From an uncultured Prevotellaceae bacterium (lineage in GTDB: Bacteria; Bacteroidota; Bacteroidia; Bacteroidales; Bacteroidaceae), in contig USTH01000001.1 in NCBI GenBank assembly GCA_900557555.1, positions 1,887 to 65,886 of the forward strand: a DNA stretch of 64,000 bases, given 5' to 3'. A program made the translations under genes and the position numbers. Position 1 is the stretch's first letter. Each line of letters begins with the position of its first letter. Below the pieces are notes generated by a model. It saw nothing but the letters and a program-made list of their open reading frames with translations. It was not told where the DNA came from and did not search any database. Of the stretch, positions 16,339 through 26,792 are shown in pieces.

Positions 16339-18813
16339 TTACTTCACCACAATTTTCTTTGACACCACGCACTGTCCGTCAACTGCTGTGATGACATAGA
16401 CACCTGCTGACAGTGACGGCAGAGAAGTCCACCCTCTGGCATTGGCAGAACCGTGCCAAAGAGTCTGTCCGCTGAGCGAGGTCAGGCGACACACTGCATC
16501 AGGGGCAACACCTTTTACCATAAGCTGCGTGACATTGCCATAGGCACGAGTGAGAACACTCGGTGTGGCATTATCGTCTGTCGGGCCACCGATACCGACG
16601 GCGTCAGGTGAAGTAAAGCGAGATGTTGCACCGTAGGTGATGCCTTTTTCGGTAGTAGCGAAAGCACGGTAACAATATGTCGTGTTAGGACTAATATCAG
16701 TAAGGGCCACGTCCATGGCGTCATCTGCAACAAGGAGCACTTGAACAGCACTTGGGAACGAAGGGCTTTGGACACCGCCGTCCCTGACAGCCCAATACTC
16801 GAAACCCCGTCTGACAATCTTGTCGGAACCTGCAACAACGAAGCCCTTGAGCCATACGATGTCATCCTCTATGGTGTAGGTTGAAGTATATACATCCGGC
16901 TCAAAGTATACGTAGGCGTCGGCAGTTCCAAATGCCAGCCATTCACCAAAATAGTAAGTTCCGTCGCTGTCCTTGTAGTACGGGCGGTATTTGTAATAGG
17001 TGTTGACATTAAGGTTTTTCAACGAGCCCGACATCTTGCCGTTGATAATGGGGCAATCTGAATAGGTGGATGGCACAAGGTCGGGGGCATCATAGCGCCG
17101 CCACTCAAAGCCTCCGCCTTTTGAGGCTTCGCAGTTTGTGGTGGCACAGATGCGTGCCGTGTGGTCTGACACACATTCGGCAGGCAATGTGGTTATAGTG
17201 ACAGATTTGGTCGTGACAGATGAATATGCAGAGTAGCTCACTCTTCCGTTGCACTCCACACAAAAACGTGCTTTGTAGGTTGAGTTGGGTTTAAGCCCTT
17301 CTGCAGCAAACTTTGTGCTGTTGGTCCACTGCACCTTGCCGTTCCATTCCCAGCCCCAACGGTGGGCCACAGCGTCCAGCTTAGTCCAAGAGCCTTCAAA
17401 GGCTGCTGTTGTCACCCCCGAAGAGGTGGAGGTTACTACAGGCTCCAGGCCTTTCATGTTTCCCGAAGAGCTATAGCCTTCATATATTTTCCCATTATAA
17501 ACAGCATAGGTTCTTACTGAATAATATCCACCAGGGGGAAAGCCCGTAACCTTAACCACATCAGCAGCCTTTTTGCCTTGTGGCAAACGAGTTCCGTCAG
17601 ATAATATTACTCCCACCTCCGAGGGCTTTACGTACTTGTCTTCCAAAGCAGAGACACGCCCTGTCACGTATGTTTGTCCCACCGACGTTATTGCTATATT
17701 GCTATAAAAACCTCCGTTTTCGAAATGCTCCAGTGTATCTCGTTTTCCGCCAAGAGTATATATCACTTGTACTTCAAATCCATCAAGCCCTGCGTTTTCA
17801 AGCACATAATGGTTTGTAGAGTCCAATCTGCAGGGACGTCCGTTGCACGTTGTGCTCTCCACTTTTATCATATTCTTGTTGTAAGGATTTACTATAGAAT
17901 CAAGGGCAAACATACATTTATTGAAGCCACCACCATAAGTAGTGTTTATTGACAAACAGTATTTGCGAGTGAAAGAGAAGTTTCCCTTGAGCTTTTCAGC
18001 CATATTAGGATATGCATAAGTAAACGTGTATTTGCTGATACCGTTTTTGTTAATAAGGGAATATGCAAGGTTGTCTATATCTTCTGCATCAACATAGATG
18101 TTCCTTATGTTACTTCCGAAGCAGGCTTCGTCGCACACTCGACTCACCTTGTCAGTTATTATCAAATCTTTATTGGCAGGCGGAACAAGAACTAAAGGCT
18201 TTTTGTTGTTAGCCGAAGCCACCTGTTCGTAAACATACCCATCGACCCCTGTGGCATAAAACAATGATTTGACTATGACGTTTTTTAGATTATAGCAATT
18301 ACCAAATGGCTTTATGTTAAGTTTTTGGATATTTTCGCCGATATAGATTGTTTCGATATTACTGTTAAAGAATGCAGCGACTCCGATTTCCTTAACATTA
18401 CGATCTTTGGGGAAATATACCGTTTTTATGGCTTTGTTGTCATAAAAAGCCCTTGTAAGATCATTGCAGTAATAATGCACCTTGCCGTTTACTTTTTTAT
18501 TGCCGTTCGTTTCACTTGTATAATATAGATACACGCCAGAGCCTCCATAGTAACAATCTCCTCCGCTTGAAATTTTGGCATCTGACAAATCAAGAATCTC
18601 AAGGTTTGACAGTCTGTTAATTTCATTTATATCCGAACCATTTATCGGCCCACTGAGTTTTAACTCTGTAACCTCTCCGTTGTCGGTCCCCTGCAGACGT
18701 GTAGAAAGGGTTCCGGCAGTAGTCAAAGTGACACTCAGTTTTTCTGCCTTCATTGGTGCAATAAATACCAACAACACACAGAAAAGAATCTTAACGACAT
18801 TTGAGCTTCGCAT
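16339..18813 (-). CDS. BspA-type leucine-rich-repeat surface protein with FN3/Ig-like repeats and a T9SS C-terminal sorting domain
   Basis: 824 aa with a signal peptide. N-terminal LRR region (LSNLEILDLSDAKI; VKEIGVAAFFNSNIETIYIGENIQKL..FGNCYNLKNV). Repeated ..P(N)T.Y.YR..-type beta-sandwich modules follow. The C-terminus ...SAGVYVITAVDGQCVVSKKIVVK is typical of T9SS sorting domains. Confidence 0.8.
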   Translation of the reverse strand: MRSSNVVKILFCVLLVFIAPMKAEKLSVTLTTAGTLSTRLQGTDNGEVTELKLSGPINGSDINEINRLSNLEILDLSDAKISSGGDCYYGGSGVYLYYTSETNGNKKVNGKVHYYCNDLTRAFYDNKAIKTVYFPKDRNVKEIGVAAFFNSNIETIYIGENIQKLNIKPFGNCYNLKNVIVKSLFYATGVDGYVYEQVASANNKKPLVLVPPANKDLIITDKVSRVCDEACFGSNIRNIYVDAEDIDNLAYSLINKNGISKYTFTYAYPNMAEKLKGNFSFTRKYCLSINTTYGGGFNKCMFALDSIVNPYNKNMIKVESTTCNGRPCRLDSTNHYVLENAGLDGFEVQVIYTLGGKRDTLEHFENGGFYSNIAITSVGQTYVTGRVSALEDKYVKPSEVGVILSDGTRLPQGKKAADVVKVTGFPPGGYYSVRTYAVYNGKIYEGYSSSGNMKGLEPVVTSTSSGVTTAAFEGSWTKLDAVAHRWGWEWNGKVQWTNSTKFAAEGLKPNSTYKARFCVECNGRVSYSAYSSVTTKSVTITTLPAECVSDHTARICATTNCEASKGGGFEWRRYDAPDLVPSTYSDCPIINGKMSGSLKNLNVNTYYKYRPYYKDSDGTYYFGEWLAFGTADAYVYFEPDVYTSTYTIEDDIVWLKGFVVAGSDKIVRRGFEYWAVRDGGVQSPSFPSAVQVLLVADDAMDVALTDISPNTTYCYRAFATTEKGITYGATSRFTSPDAVGIGGPTDDNATPSVLTRAYGNVTQLMVKGVAPDAVCRLTSLSGQTLWHGSANARGWTSLPSLSAGVYVITAVDGQCVVSKKIVVK

Positions 18814-18922
18814 ATTTTAAATAATTTTAGTTTTTGCCTTATTTTAAGTTACAAAAGTATAAATTATTCTTGAGCCTTTCTGATTTCTGATATTATTAAT
18901 TTTATGTCTGTACGAATTTTAC

Positions 18923-18930
18923 TAAATTTG
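18923..18930 (+). promoter_or_regulatory. Bacteroidetes-type -7 promoter box (TAAATTTG)
   Basis: TAnnTTTG match 35 nt upstream of ATG 18965. Confidence 0.4.
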
Positions 18931-18964
18931 CACTATCAACATCCTCACAATCTAACATCTCGAA

Positions 18965-19984
18965 ATGGCAAACATTCTTGCAACTCGTTTTTCTGCTCTG
19001 GGCGACGTGGCGATGACTATCAGTGTACTGAAGTCGTTTGCCGATGCCTACCCCAATGATCATATAACACTGCTGAGTCGTCCTTTCGTAGCTCCGTTGC
19101 TTGAAGGATTGCCCGCCAACGTGCATTTCCGTCCCGTCAACCTCAACGACTATAAGGGGGTCAACGGACTGCGCCGTCTTAGTCGCCAGCTCATTGACGA
19201 GGGCTATGACGCACTGGCCGATATGCACGATGTGCTACGTACCAAAGTGGTGCGTTTCTTTTTCAGAAAAGCAAACCTGCCTGTGGCAACTATAGACAAG
19301 GGACGTAAAGACCGCAAGCAGATTACTCGCATCAAAAACAAGCAACTGCGCCAACTCACACCATCACCCCAACGCTATGCCAACGTGCTGGCCCAACTGG
19401 GCTTCCCCATAACACTCAATGCACACCACATTTACGGCGACCAGCCTGCCGACATTTCTGACCTTGCTGATATAACAGGTATCAAGGGTACCGACACTTG
19501 GATAGGCATAGCCCCTTTTGCCGCCCACGAAGGCAAGATATACCCCCTGCCGCTAATGGAGGAGGTCATCTGTCGCCTTGCCGGCATCCCTGAACTCAAA
19601 ATCTTTCTTTTTGGCAGCGGTGCTAAGGAGAAGCAGTGGTGCGACAGTGTCAGCCAGCCCAATGTGGTCTCCATGGTCGGCAAAACCAACCTCAGCAAAG
19701 AGTTGCGCCTGATGACCAACCTCAGCGTGATGGTGACTATGGACTCTGCCAATATGCACCTCAGTGCACTGGCAGGCACACCAACAGTGTCAATCTGGGG
19801 AGCCACCCACCCCATGGCTGGCTTTGCAGGAATGCAGGCTTCAGGAAGTCGCATCGTGCAACTCGACATGGACTGCCGCCCATGCTCCATCTTTGGCAAC
19901 AAAAAATGCATAAAAGGCAACTACCCATGCATGAACAACATTACGCCATGTCAGGTGACCGAAACGATAAAGCAATTCATCTAA
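18965..19984 (+). CDS. Glycosyltransferase family 9 (LPS heptosyltransferase-like)
   Basis: 339 aa. N-terminal ILATRFSALGDVAMT is the GT9 signature R..(A/S)(L/I)GD. The C-terminal D(S/T)...HL(A/S)AA.G.P motif (MDSANMHLSALAGTP) is present. Confidence 0.8.
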   Translation: MANILATRFSALGDVAMTISVLKSFADAYPNDHITLLSRPFVAPLLEGLPANVHFRPVNLNDYKGVNGLRRLSRQLIDEGYDALADMHDVLRTKVVRFFFRKANLPVATIDKGRKDRKQITRIKNKQLRQLTPSPQRYANVLAQLGFPITLNAHHIYGDQPADISDLADITGIKGTDTWIGIAPFAAHEGKIYPLPLMEEVICRLAGIPELKIFLFGSGAKEKQWCDSVSQPNVVSMVGKTNLSKELRLMTNLSVMVTMDSANMHLSALAGTPTVSIWGATHPMAGFAGMQASGSRIVQLDMDCRPCSIFGNKKCIKGNYPCMNNITPCQVTETIKQFI

Positions 19985-19994
19985 CACGCCACAC

Positions 19995-20876
19995 ATGATT
20001 TACAGACTATTCTACGGCATCATATACGCCTTGTCGCTGCTTCCCATGAGGGTACACTACATGATTTCAGACTTACTGTACCCTCTGGTGTACTACATAA
20101 TAAGATACCGTCGCAAAATAGTAAGACGAAACCTCACACGTAGTTTTCCAGAGAAGAGTCTGAGTCAAATCAAGAGTATAGAACGCCGGTTCTACAGATT
20201 TTTCTGCGATTACCTTGTAGAAAACATCAAGGCTCTTACCATAAAGAAAGACAACATGATGAGACGCATGGTATTTGAGGGCATTGAGACTGTAAGCGAA
20301 GCCTTCAAGACCAACCAGTTTGCCTTTCTCTACCTTGGCCACTTCTGCAACTGGGAATACATCGCCTCGGTGAAATGGTGGATGCCTAAAGGCACCATGG
20401 CCGCACAGCTCTACACCAGATTACACAACCACACGATAGACCGACTCTTCTATCACATACGCTCACGCTACGGTGGCGAAAACATCAACAAGAACGAGTC
20501 GCTGCGACGCATCGTTGCAATGCAGCAAAGCGGACAGAAAGCCCTAATAGGCTTCATATCAGACCAAGGACCCAAGATGCAGAACATACACCTGTGGATC
20601 AACTTCCTGCATCAGGATACTCCCGTGTTCACCGGCACAGAACGCATAGCAAAGAAAGTCAACGCAGCAGTGTTCTACGGCGAAGTAAGCCGAGAGAAGC
20701 GCGGATACTACAAATGTCGTTTCATACCTATCACTACCGACCCCAAGTCGTTCAAAGAACATGAACTGACCAAACTCTATATGCAAATGCTTGAGCAAGA
20801 CATCATAAAAGACCCCGCACGGTGGTTGTGGACACACAACAGATGGAAACGACAGCGACCACACGACAACGAATGA
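19995..20876 (+). CDS. Lipid A biosynthesis (LpxL/HtrB-family) acyltransferase
   Basis: 293 aa with an N-terminal membrane anchor and the HxxxxE/D-type motif region (GHFCNWEY). It is adjacent to the GT9 gene. Confidence 0.7.
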   Translation: MIYRLFYGIIYALSLLPMRVHYMISDLLYPLVYYIIRYRRKIVRRNLTRSFPEKSLSQIKSIERRFYRFFCDYLVENIKALTIKKDNMMRRMVFEGIETVSEAFKTNQFAFLYLGHFCNWEYIASVKWWMPKGTMAAQLYTRLHNHTIDRLFYHIRSRYGGENINKNESLRRIVAMQQSGQKALIGFISDQGPKMQNIHLWINFLHQDTPVFTGTERIAKKVNAAVFYGEVSREKRGYYKCRFIPITTDPKSFKEHELTKLYMQMLEQDIIKDPARWLWTHNRWKRQRPHDNE

Positions 20877-20920
20877 ACATTCCACAACAGCACAAATAAG
20901 AACATATATCAAAGATAAGC

Positions 20921-23900
20921 ATGAACAAGATAATTACAGTCATCTGCCTACTCGCAACAGCACTGACCACACACGCACAAGAACAGATAAAATGGCTTCG
21001 GGCCAATTCCATATCACCCGATGGCAAAACCATAGCATTTGAATATCAAGGCGACCTCTACACCGTCAGCGCCAACGGTGGTGAAGCCCGACAACTGACA
21101 TCACACCCCGCTTATGACGGCTACCCCAAATTTTCGCCCGACGGCAAGTGGATTGCTTTTACATCAGAGCGCTATGGCAGCATGGACGTGTTCATCATAT
21201 CACCCAACGGTGGCAGACCAAAGCGCCTCACAACCAATTCGGCAACCGAAACTCTGCAGGGCTGGCTTGACAACACCCATGTACTTTACACCTCTAACCT
21301 TCAGCCCTCTGTCAGCGACATCAGTTTTCCAGGAAGCTTCCAACAGGTCTACAGCGTAGACACTGAGACCAACAGACCAGTCATGTTCTCCACGCTGCCC
21401 ATGGAAGACATCTCCATCAACCGCAACGGACAGCTGCTCTACCACAACAACAAAGGGTATGAGGACTATTGGCGGAAACACCACACCTCGCCCATCTGCC
21501 GTGACATCTACCTCACACAGGTAAAGGGTAAACGCACCTATACGAAGCTCAACGCCGACACCTGCGAACACCGCACACCGATATGGACTCCCGATGGCAA
21601 CGGCTACTACTACACTTCAGAAAAAGACGGCACCATTAATATCTACAAGGCAGATTTGACAACAAAATCTACTACACAACTGACCAAATATAAGGGATAC
21701 CCTGTAAGATACCTTACATCGGCATCCGATGGCACACTGTGCTACTCGTGGGACGGAGAACTCTACACGCTGCGTGAGGGTGCAAACCCACACAAGGTTG
21801 TCGTTACCCTGACCGTTGACGACAACGAACGAATAAACCAACCACAAACGCTGACCTACGGAGCTTCACAACTGACCACCAACAAGAGCGAAAAAGAATT
21901 TGCCTTTATAGTAAAAGGCGAAGTCTACGTGACCAACATGGATTATACCACCACTCGGCGCATTACAAATACTATAGAGGAAGAAGCCGACCCCTCATTT
22001 AGTCCTGACGGCAAAACTCTTGTCTACGCCTCCAGACGCAACAACACTTGGGGCATATACGCCACAACACTTGTCAACGCCAAAGACAAAGGCTTCACCT
22101 ACGCCACCGACCTCAAGGAAAAACCGCTCATAGTGGGCAAAGACCCCTGCACAGCACCTGTCTTTTCGCCCGACGGAAAGAAGATTGCCTACCTCGCTAA
22201 CAAAACGGAGATACGCATCTATGATATAAAAACAGGAACAAGCACCGTGGTGATGCCGGCCAAAGACATGTTTTCATATACCGATGCAAGCCATTCTTTT
22301 GAATGGAGTCCCGACAGCAAATGGATTCTCACCGAATACCTCGGTACAGACAACTGGAACAGCACTGACATTGCCGTAATCAGTGCCGATGGCAAACACC
22401 TGCACAACATCACCCGCAGCGGATACTCTGACGGCTCACCACATTGGGCGCTCAACGGCAAGGCCGTAACATTTACCAGCGACCGTGCCGGCTACCGCAG
22501 CCACGGCAGTTGGGGATCCGAACGCGATGGATATATCATATATCTGGACCGCGAAGCCTACGCTCTCTCCAATATGAGCAAGGAAGACCGCAAGCTCTAT
22601 GAAGACCACAAGAAAGAGCTTGAAAACGAGACTGCCAAAGGAGACAAGAAGAACAACGACAGCAAGAAAGACAGCTGCAAGACCGACACGACAAAGACCC
22701 TCATACTTGACTTTGAGGACTGTGACAAGCGAATCAAACGCCTTACGGTCAACTCCTCACCACTCAGAGACGGCTACCTCACGCCCGATGGCAAAAAATA
22801 TTTCTATCTCACCAGCTTTGAAGGTGGCGTAGACCTGTGGCTGCACGACCTTGAGGAAAACACCACACGCATCTTTAAAAAAGGATTTGGCGGCGGACAA
22901 ATCTTGCCTGACAGCACAGGGAACAGCCTGTTTGTATGCAACAGCAGCATAAGCAAATTGGATCTCAATAACGGGCAGAGCAAAAGCATTGCGTTCAGTG
23001 CGGAATATTCAGACAACAACAAAGCCAAGATGGCATACGTATATCAGCATATCAAGACGCAGCTCACAGAACGCTTTGTAGACACCAACTTCCATGGGGC
23101 CGACTTCAAAACTCTCGCCAAACATTACGAAACGTTTCTTCCTTACATCAACAACTACCGCGACTTCAGCGAGTTGGGAAGCGAACTGGCAGGTGAGCTA
23201 AATTGCTCACACACCGGAGTGAAATACCGTCCATCGGTATCGGCACCCGCCACTGCCGTTCTCGGAGCCTTCTACGACAACGACTACAAGGGTGACGGTC
23301 TGAAAATCACAGAAATAATACAGGGTTCGCCCCTTGATGTCATTGACCGTCAGGTCAAGGCTGGTCACACGATAAAGCAAATCGACCATAGGCCGATACA
23401 GGCTGGCAAGGACTACTATCCGTTGCTCACAGGCAAAGTCGGCAAGAGGGTGTTGCTCACCATTGCCGACAACAATGGCGAAGACTATGAGATAACCGTA
23501 AAACCTATCTCCTACGGCCGTCAGAATGCCCTTCTATACACACGCTGGGTTGACCAACGTGCCAAAATTGTAGAGACCGAAACCAATGGGCAGGTGGGCT
23601 ACATACACATTGAAGGAATGAATAGCGAAAGTTTCCGCAAAACGTATGCAGACCTGCTCGGCAAATACCGCAACTGCAAAGCCGTCATCATTGACGAACG
23701 GCACAATGGGGGCGGATGGCTGCACAACGACCTCGCCATTCTACTGAGCGGACGTAAATACATGTCGTTCGAGTCAAGAGGACAGAAACTGGGCATCGAA
23801 CCATTCACTCAATGGACAAAGCCATCGTGTCTGCTCATAACCGAAAACTGCTACTCAAACGCCAACGGCTTTCCATTTGCATACAAGACACTTGGCATAG

Positions 23901-24130
23901 GCAAACTGATAGGAGCGCCCATGGCCGGCACTATGACTGCAGTCTGGTGGGAGTCTGTTGCAGACGGCAGACTGACATTGGGAATTCCAGAAATATACTG
24001 CCGCGACAACAATGGCAGAACACTCGAAAATCAGACGCTTTACCCTGACATAGAGAGCCACAACACACCCGAAGACCTTGCTGGCGGATATGACCGCCAA
24101 CTTATGCGTGCCATCAAAGAAATGAAATAA
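20921..24130 (+). CDS. Tricorn-type protease homolog (S41 peptidase with TolB-like beta-propellers and PDZ)
   Basis: 1069 aa with a signal peptide. Repeated PD40 motifs are present (SPDGKTIAF, SPDGKWIAFTSER, SPDGKTLVYASRR, SPDGKKIAYLAN). The C-terminal S41-like region contains NGGG and a Ser-containing block. Confidence 0.8.
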   Translation: MNKIITVICLLATALTTHAQEQIKWLRANSISPDGKTIAFEYQGDLYTVSANGGEARQLTSHPAYDGYPKFSPDGKWIAFTSERYGSMDVFIISPNGGRPKRLTTNSATETLQGWLDNTHVLYTSNLQPSVSDISFPGSFQQVYSVDTETNRPVMFSTLPMEDISINRNGQLLYHNNKGYEDYWRKHHTSPICRDIYLTQVKGKRTYTKLNADTCEHRTPIWTPDGNGYYYTSEKDGTINIYKADLTTKSTTQLTKYKGYPVRYLTSASDGTLCYSWDGELYTLREGANPHKVVVTLTVDDNERINQPQTLTYGASQLTTNKSEKEFAFIVKGEVYVTNMDYTTTRRITNTIEEEADPSFSPDGKTLVYASRRNNTWGIYATTLVNAKDKGFTYATDLKEKPLIVGKDPCTAPVFSPDGKKIAYLANKTEIRIYDIKTGTSTVVMPAKDMFSYTDASHSFEWSPDSKWILTEYLGTDNWNSTDIAVISADGKHLHNITRSGYSDGSPHWALNGKAVTFTSDRAGYRSHGSWGSERDGYIIYLDREAYALSNMSKEDRKLYEDHKKELENETAKGDKKNNDSKKDSCKTDTTKTLILDFEDCDKRIKRLTVNSSPLRDGYLTPDGKKYFYLTSFEGGVDLWLHDLEENTTRIFKKGFGGGQILPDSTGNSLFVCNSSISKLDLNNGQSKSIAFSAEYSDNNKAKMAYVYQHIKTQLTERFVDTNFHGADFKTLAKHYETFLPYINNYRDFSELGSELAGELNCSHTGVKYRPSVSAPATAVLGAFYDNDYKGDGLKITEIIQGSPLDVIDRQVKAGHTIKQIDHRPIQAGKDYYPLLTGKVGKRVLLTIADNNGEDYEITVKPISYGRQNALLYTRWVDQRAKIVETETNGQVGYIHIEGMNSESFRKTYADLLGKYRNCKAVIIDERHNGGGWLHNDLAILLSGRKYMSFESRGQKLGIEPFTQWTKPSCLLITENCYSNANGFPFAYKTLGIGKLIGAPMAGTMTAVWWESVADGRLTLGIPEIYCRDNNGRTLENQTLYPDIESHNTPEDLAGGYDRQLMRAIKEMK

Positions 24131-24139
24131 ACCTAACCC

Positions 24140-25006
24140 ATGAAAACACACCTGACCACATTACTGACATTTATGCTCGCACTAACGGCACAGGTGACAA
24201 CTGCTCAACGCCAGAAGCCTGTAAAAGTGCGTGTAATGACTTTCAACATCCGTCAAGAAAACAAAGATGACGGAATAAACAACTGGGAACTGCGCTATCA
24301 ACAGACAGGCAAATTCCTAAGTAAAAGCAAAGCCGACATCATAGGTCTGCAAGAAGTGAAGCAGATTCAGCTTGACGACATTAAAAATGCACTGCCAACC
24401 TACAGAAATGTGGGAGCGGCACAAGACGACGGAAAGCAGGCAGGAGAATACTGCCCCATCTTCTACAACACGGAGAAGTTTAACCTCGTGCGCGGCGGCA
24501 CATTATGGCTGTCTGAAACACCCGAAACCCCATCAAAGAGCTGGGGCGCCACATGCAACCGCATTGCCACATGGGCCATCTTGCAGGACAAGAAAACCTT
24601 CAAAAGCATTGTTGCCGTCAACACACAGTTAGACAACGCAAGCGACCTCGCACGACAGAACAGTGCCGTTCTTATCAAGGAGCAAATAGGCAGACGAATA
24701 AACGACCTGCCCGTTGTCCTGACAGGCGACCTCAACGTCTGCGATGACGACCCGACCTACACCAAGATAGCTACACGCATCTTCCCACTTAAAGACGCAT
24801 GGAAGTCCGTGTCATCACCCAAAGGCCCAGCTTTCACATACAACGGTTTCGGCAAAACCGAGAAAAATGATGCCCTCAACAAGATTGACTACATTTTTGT
24901 GTCACCCAAGATACAGGTCAGAAAAAGTTCTGTCATTGACACCTCTCTTGGCGGAGGACGTTTTCTGTCTGACCACAACGCACACACTGCCGACATTGTG
25001 TTCTAA
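24140..25006 (+). CDS. Endonuclease/exonuclease/phosphatase (EEP) family protein
   Basis: 288 aa with a signal peptide. EEP hallmarks: VMTFNIR near the N-terminus, GLQEV, TGDLN, and SDHN near the C-terminus. Confidence 0.8.
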   Translation: MKTHLTTLLTFMLALTAQVTTAQRQKPVKVRVMTFNIRQENKDDGINNWELRYQQTGKFLSKSKADIIGLQEVKQIQLDDIKNALPTYRNVGAAQDDGKQAGEYCPIFYNTEKFNLVRGGTLWLSETPETPSKSWGATCNRIATWAILQDKKTFKSIVAVNTQLDNASDLARQNSAVLIKEQIGRRINDLPVVLTGDLNVCDDDPTYTKIATRIFPLKDAWKSVSSPKGPAFTYNGFGKTEKNDALNKIDYIFVSPKIQVRKSSVIDTSLGGGRFLSDHNAHTADIVF

Positions 25007-25136
25007 TCCCCAAAAGAGCACTCGCCGGCAACTAACAGCCCCGACATGAGGCATACCGTGAACTTGCAAAAGAATGAATTTACATTCAGTACTTCTGACT
25101 GACACTGCGTTGTCGCACCACAAGGCTTTTTTAGGA

Positions 25137-25216
25137 CCCAATTCGGTCGTTACGACTTTTTGTATTTTACAAGGCAATATGAAAGATGTCTTTTACGACC
25201 TAATGACCGATTTGGG
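25137..25216. mobile_element. MITE-like element, internally deleted copy (~80 bp)
   Basis: Left TIR cccaattcggtcgttacgac and right TIR cgacctaatgaccgatttggg. The short interior, ttttgtattttacaaggcaa, resembles ttttgttttttataaggca of the full copies. Confidence 0.6.
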
Positions 25217-25401
25217 TAAAACTTCCAGACTGGGTTTCCACCTCACACGGAGTATTCTGCATGTTGACAGTCAACACAATCCACTACCGTCTAAAACAAT
25301 CAACGAACACTTCTATGGCTCTAAAACTGCCCATCAATCTCGAATACATGAACCAATGAAAAAAAAGTGCATAACAAACTGCCGTTTGTCGTAAAATCTA
25401 C

Positions 25402-25409
25402 TAACTTTG
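25402..25409 (+). promoter_or_regulatory. Bacteroidetes-type -7 promoter box (TAACTTTG)
   Basis: TAnnTTTG match 72 nt upstream of ATG 25481. Confidence 0.35.
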
Positions 25410-25480
25410 CACTATAATTTTTCAATAAAAAGAAAAGACACATATAAAACCATAAACGCAACTATAATATTCATACAGAC

Positions 25481-26437
25481 ATGAAAAAGATTCTTATTAT
25501 CGGTGCCACTGGCCAAATCGGTTCTGAACTGACCATGACACTCAGAAATGTTTACGGCGGACAGAACGTAGTGGCAGGCTATATTGTAGGAGCAGAGCCT
25601 AAAGGGGAATTACTTGAAAGCGGGCCTGCAGAAATCTGTGACGTTACCGACGGATCCGCCATCACCAACATCGTCAAGAAGCACGGCATCGACACCATCT
25701 ACAACCTTGCCGCACTTCTTTCGGTTGTAGCCGAAGGCAAGCCAAAACTTGCTTGGAAAATCGGAATAGACGGTCTATGGAACGTACTTGAAGTGGCCCG
25801 CGAAAACGGTTGCGCTGTGTTCACCCCAAGCTCTATCGGTTCGTTTGGCCCAAGCACACCTCATGTGATGACCCCACAAGACACCATTCAGCGCCCGCGC
25901 ACCATGTATGGCGTTACAAAGGTTACCACCGAACTACTCTCAGACTACTTCTTCCTCAAATACGGTGTTGACACGCGTGCAGTGCGTTTCCCCGGAGTTA
26001 TCTCTAACGTAACACCTCCGGGCGGTGGCACAACCGACTACGCTGTTGATATCTACTACTACGCCGTGCGTGGAGAGAAGTTCACATGCCCCATCAAGGA
26101 AGGCACACTGATGGATATGATTTATATGCCCGATGCACTCAAAGCAGCCATCGACATAATGGAGGCAGACCCCTCACGCCTCATCCACCGCAACGCATTC
26201 AATATTGCATCAATGAGCTTCGGTCCCGAAACAATCTACGCTTCAATCAAGAAGTACAAACCAGACTTTGAAATGGTTTATGATGTAGACCCGCTCAAAC
26301 AATCCATTGCAGACTCATGGCCTGACTGCATGGACGATTCTTGCGCTCGCAACGAGTGGGATTGGAAGCCAGTCTACGACCTCGACGGCATGACACGCGA
26401 CATGCTTGAGAAACTCCCTGCAAGAATCCTGAAATAA
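25481..26437 (+). CDS. NAD-dependent epimerase/dehydratase family protein, L-threonine 3-dehydrogenase-like
   Basis: 318 aa with a Rossmann motif IIGATGQIGSEL and a YG.TK catalytic motif. The overall pattern resembles the UDP-galactose-4-epimerase-like threonine dehydrogenases. No kbl gene is adjacent, so the specific function is tentative. Confidence 0.65.
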   Translation: MKKILIIGATGQIGSELTMTLRNVYGGQNVVAGYIVGAEPKGELLESGPAEICDVTDGSAITNIVKKHGIDTIYNLAALLSVVAEGKPKLAWKIGIDGLWNVLEVARENGCAVFTPSSIGSFGPSTPHVMTPQDTIQRPRTMYGVTKVTTELLSDYFFLKYGVDTRAVRFPGVISNVTPPGGGTTDYAVDIYYYAVRGEKFTCPIKEGTLMDMIYMPDALKAAIDIMEADPSRLIHRNAFNIASMSFGPETIYASIKKYKPDFEMVYDVDPLKQSIADSWPDCMDDSCARNEWDWKPVYDLDGMTRDMLEKLPARILK

Positions 26438-26536
26438 ACAACTATAACGTTTCGCTCTAAACGACCGAACCTACAACGCTTGGCGTTGCTGGCACAACAG
26501 TTTTGAGAGAAAAGATAAGTCATCCATATTTTTACG

Positions 26537-26572
26537 AAATACGCACACCATCAACAGTGTGCGTATTTTTTT
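26537..26572 (+). terminator. Rho-independent terminator
   Basis: 12-bp stem aaatacgcacac / gtgtgcgtattt with an 8-nt loop, followed by a T-run, ~100 nt after the stop at 26437. Confidence 0.7.
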
Positions 26573-26792
26573 GCATATCTGTTGTACCTCACCATTAAGA
26601 ACTATGACCCCGAAACAGAGCTACCCCCTCGGTTTGCCCAACAAAGAGGTCAAAACAGGACTTTACCGCAGCACTTCACCACACCTCCTCGCCACACGCA
26701 CCGCAAGGGACGCCACCATTTACCAAAACAATACCTAACAAAATCGCAAAGTGGCCTGCAAAAGTCAGCGCATCGGGCAGTGTAGATATGCA

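Noticed and set aside
25074-25394. 106-aa ORF between the EEP gene and the dehydrogenase-like gene.
   Set aside because: It runs straight through the MITE-like copy at 25137-25216. It has no promoter or RBS-like context and no recognisable motifs.
26582-26785. 67-aa ORF in the C/A-rich tract.
   Set aside because: It starts right after a strong terminator. The Pro/His/Gln/Thr-rich translation reflects the skewed nucleotide composition rather than coding sequence.
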